Under the pieces are notes generated by a model, which saw only the letters and a list, made by a program, of their open reading frames with translations, did not search any database and had not been told where the DNA came from. DNA of 37,766 nt from Eubacteriales bacterium. Lineage in GTDB: Bacteria; Bacillota; Clostridia; Oscillospirales; CAG-382. The stretch lies in contig JAZOLW010000031.1 in the NCBI GenBank assembly GCA_045653405.1, positions 1 through 37,766 of the forward strand, given 5' to 3'. Numbering within the stretch: the stretch's first letter is position 1; every line of letters starts with the position of its first letter. The translations under genes were made by a program, and so were the position numbers. Positions 36,211 to 37,766 of the stretch are shown piece after piece.

Positions 36211-36239
36211 AGTATAACACAGGAACGGTAAAAAAACAA
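36211..36239 (-). promoter_or_regulatory. Putative promoter of the two-gene TIR operon
   Basis: Minus strand: TTGTTT (36239..36234), 17-nt spacer, extended -10 TGtTATACT (-10 at 36216..36211). About 45 nt upstream of ATG 36160. Confidence 0.45.
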
Positions 36240-36589
36240 GTGTACATTGGCAAAAGTACCGCAATTGGCGGAAAGACGGGGAACGGTCACAGTCACTTAT
36301 TTTTTTGCAAAGGTTTCTGTATTTTTCATCACGGCTATGGTCTATGAAGGAAGTTCGTACGGAGAAAAAGAAGAGTCGTTGAAAAAAGATACAGACTTAG
36401 AAACCGAATCCGAGTAAATAAAATATTAAGACCGCCCATCACACGGGTCGTCTAATAACACGGCTATTTAGTTATCACATAATCAATCTCACTCGCACCT
36501 GCAAGATTATATCGACAAATATTGACATAAAACGAAAAAAGTAGTATTCTTATAGTAATAACATTTAAAAATGTTCAAGGATGGGTTTT

Positions 36590-37714
36590 ATGAGTATTGT
36601 CATAAAGGAAGTTACAACAAAGAAGGATTTAAAAAATTGGGTTGATTTTCCCACTGTGCTCTATAAGGACAATGACTATTTTGTTCCGTTCTTAGCGAGT
36701 GATGAAACGGAGACATTTTCTCCTGATAAAAACCCCGCATATGATTTTTGCGAAACAAAACTGTTCTTAGCGTATAAGGATGATGAAATTGTTGGCAGAA
36801 TAGCAGGTCTTATCAACCGTGCTTATAACGAAAAGTGGAATAAAAATGCAATCCGTTTTACCCGTTTTGATTTTGTTGACGATTACAGTGTTTCAAAGGC
36901 TCTGTTTGATACGGTTGTGGGTTGGGGCAAGGAAAACGGCTTTACGGAAGTTATGGGCCCCATCGGATTTACCGATATGGACCACGAGGGAATGCTGGTT
37001 GAAGGTTTTGAAGAACTTAATATGTCAATAACTTTTTACAATCATCCCTATTACATTGACCATATGGAAAAATTGGGACTAAAAAAAGATATTGACTGGA
37101 TTGAATACCGCATTAATGTTCCCGAATCAATAGACCCGCGCATTGAACGTATCAGCAATCATATTATCAAAAAGAACGGATATCAGGTAACAACCTACAG
37201 CAACCGTAAAGCCCTTAATGCTGACGTCTGGGACGCTTTCAAGATTATTGATGTTGCTTTTTCGAAATTGTACGGAACCGTTCCGCTTACACCTGAAGTT
37301 ATCAAGCATGCCGTCGACAGTTATTTGCCTGTTGTTAATCTTGATTATATCTGTTCTGTAAAGGACAAGGACGGAAATGTTGTCGGTTTTGGCGCACTTA
37401 TGCCGTCGATAGCCAAGGCACTCAAAAGGTCTGACGGGAAATTGTTTCCCTTGGGTATATTCCGTATGCTTAAAGCAATAAACGGCAAGAATGACACTCT
37501 TGAGATGTTCTTTGTTGCTGTGCATCCCGATTATCAGGCGCAGGGACTTCCTGCAATTATTATGCAGACTCTTGCAAAGAAAATTATTGAAAATGGGGTA
37601 AAATATTGCGAAACCGGTCCGATGCTCGAAACAAATCTTGATGTTCACAGTATGTGGAAACCTTTTGAAAAGCGTCAGCATCGCCGCCGCCGCTGCTACA
37701 TAAAGAGTATATAA
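36590..37714 (+). CDS. GNAT-like N-acyltransferase family protein (about 375 aa)
   Basis: ATG 36590 (MSIVIKEV) behind AAGGA. The C-terminal part (MFFVAVHPDYQAQGLPAIIM) looks like the acetyl-CoA-binding core of the GNAT fold. The family call is from memory. Confidence 0.5.
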   Translation: MSIVIKEVTTKKDLKNWVDFPTVLYKDNDYFVPFLASDETETFSPDKNPAYDFCETKLFLAYKDDEIVGRIAGLINRAYNEKWNKNAIRFTRFDFVDDYSVSKALFDTVVGWGKENGFTEVMGPIGFTDMDHEGMLVEGFEELNMSITFYNHPYYIDHMEKLGLKKDIDWIEYRINVPESIDPRIERISNHIIKKNGYQVTTYSNRKALNADVWDAFKIIDVAFSKLYGTVPLTPEVIKHAVDSYLPVVNLDYICSVKDKDGNVVGFGALMPSIAKALKRSDGKLFPLGIFRMLKAINGKNDTLEMFFVAVHPDYQAQGLPAIIMQTLAKKIIENGVKYCETGPMLETNLDVHSMWKPFEKRQHRRRRCYIKSI

Positions 37715-37739
37715 TTACAATTTGATAATACAGCATAAA

Positions 37740-37766
37740 ACGCAGTCCGTTTGGACTGCGTTTTTG
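37740..37766 (+). terminator. Rho-independent terminator
   Basis: ACGCAGTCC-GTTT-GGACTGCGT followed by TTTT, at the window edge. Confidence 0.8.

Noticed and set aside
36232-36417. Short plus-strand open frame in the spacer between the TIR operon and the GNAT gene. It encodes ..VTYFFAKVSVFFITAMVYEGSSYGEKEESLKKDTDLETESE, and might be a gene remnant or micro-protein.
   Set aside because: The only ATG gives 26 aa, there is no RBS, and it overlaps the putative TIR-operon promoter. I cannot distinguish it from noise without homologues, though it could be checked as a relic of an insertion junction.
1-37766. Scan for CRISPR arrays, tRNA/rRNA genes, riboswitch-like leaders and IS ends.
   Set aside because: I saw no regularly spaced direct repeats, no cloverleaf-like GC-rich 75-nt blocks, and no long structured leaders. 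Most 5' UTRs are under 80 nt. This was by-eye inspection only; tRNAscan, Infernal and a CRISPR finder would be decisive.

Overview
This is a chromosomal segment from a low/mid-GC Firmicute, probably a Clostridia or Oscillospiraceae-type gut anaerobe. That guess rests on gene content, the rnfCDGEAB order, PPi-PFK and Gram-positive lipoboxes. The window is almost fully coding. I saw no rRNA, tRNA, CRISPR array, transposase or integrase.

Gene order: mfd (5' truncated), a PrsA-like foldase lipoprotein, a membrane protein, PPi-dependent phosphofructokinase, an orphan solute-binding lipoprotein, dnaA, the radical-SAM gene ygiQ, DUF378 (-), trmB and nadE. Next come a small membrane protein (-), a HIT protein (-), a large polytopic membrane protein (-), a G/N-rich lipoprotein, a DnaC/DnaI-like loader, uxuA and an RNHCP protein. 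An OYE-type flavoenzyme and an SDR follow on the minus strand. Then come rnfCDGEAB, a NusG-II protein, a Gx transporter, a tandem-domain lipoprotein, apbE and DUF1622. The window ends with a minus-strand two-gene operon (an unknown 250-aa protein plus an 818-aa tandem-TIR/Sel1/TPR protein) and a GNAT-like gene.

The two most interesting loci:
1. The TIR operon (32949..36239). It has its own promoter and terminator and matches no described TIR defence architecture that I know. It is a candidate undescribed NADase-type immune system.
2. The extended Rnf/flavinylation supercluster (23652..32878). It has a double-FMN-domain RnfG and a Cys-rich RnfE tail. It also has a PplA-like lipoprotein whose two repeats carry AGCT where flavinylated proteins carry (S/G)GAT.

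dnaA also sits in a non-canonical context, with no dnaN and no DnaA-box cluster. All calls come from reading the ORF translations and the DNA by eye; no database searches were run.
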